A DNA stretch of 64,000 nt from Octopus vulgaris (taxonomy: Eukaryota): NCBI GenBank assembly GCA_951406725.2, contig OX597817.1, positions 32,550,001-32,614,000 of the forward strand, written 5' to 3'. Of this stretch, positions 63,665 to 64,000 are shown one piece after another. Both the position numbers and the translations under genes were made by a program. The notes below the pieces were generated by a model. The model saw only the letters and a list, made by a program, of their open reading frames with translations. It was not told the origin of the DNA and did not search any database. The number at the start of each line of letters is the position of its first letter. Position 1 is the first letter of the stretch.

Positions 63665-64000
63665 AAGACAGCCAAAAAATCGGTGTTGTATAGAACATAC
63701 AACGCAAGACTGCATCGGATAGATATGGCTACGAGAGCTGAAGTGGAAAGGACTCTGCAGCTTATTTGGAAAGAGGTGAATTACCTAGCTAGAGGGAGAA
63801 AGTTCGCAACAGTGGAGGTGTGGCTTTCATCCGAGGCTGTGGCCAGGCAGCATGCCGTTACTCCTCTCAAGACGGAAGAGGTGGTTCTTCTACCCATTTT
63901 ACCTGGAAAGACGTGCTTCTCGGGTAAGGGTAGATGAGATCCCCCCTGAGGTGGATGTTGCCAAGCTCGTAGCCGCCATCCTACTTGGTGTGGAGGACTA
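63665..64000 (+). pseudogene. Probable L1/Tx1-type ORF1 fragment, frameshifted, running off the window
   Basis: GC-richer coding-like block; FATVEVWL...VLLPI then, after a 1-nt shift near 63897, YLERRASRVRVDEIPPEVDVAKLVAAIL, similar to the VxVxxVPPxV motif of Tx1 ORF1. Confidence 0.55.

Overview
AT-rich, microsatellite-dense animal DNA with no recognisable host protein-coding exon. The repeat repertoire (tRNA-derived SINEs resembling the octopus OR1/OR2 type, RTE-X and L1/Tx1 remnants) suggests a coleoid cephalopod, most likely Octopus; this is inference and was not searched. The ORF track is almost entirely translation noise from SINEs and simple repeats. The only protein-like segments are dead transposon ORFs: a hAT/Charlie transposase (9100-11521), a DD37D maT transposase (20483-21325), an RTE-type RT (about 14.9-16.9 kb), L1/Tx1 pieces (27.3 kb, 63.7 kb) and a Penelope-like RT (53.0-54.0 kb). 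Highlights: (1) several minimal type-I hammerhead ribozyme motifs in microsatellite-flanked Penelope-type fragments between 38 and 53 kb, two with an unusual CCGAUGA core and two with a greatly extended stem II; (2) a 245-bp gap-free palindrome; (3) a sharp switch from CpG-depleted to CpG-retaining DNA near 33.6 kb, with different TE families on each side; (4) all four body x tail combinations of one tRNA-SINE lineage; (5) SINE multimers bounded by single target-site duplications; (6) a head-to-tail Helitron dimer and Merlin-like MITEs carrying TTAGGG repeats. Family letters A-E are my own labels.
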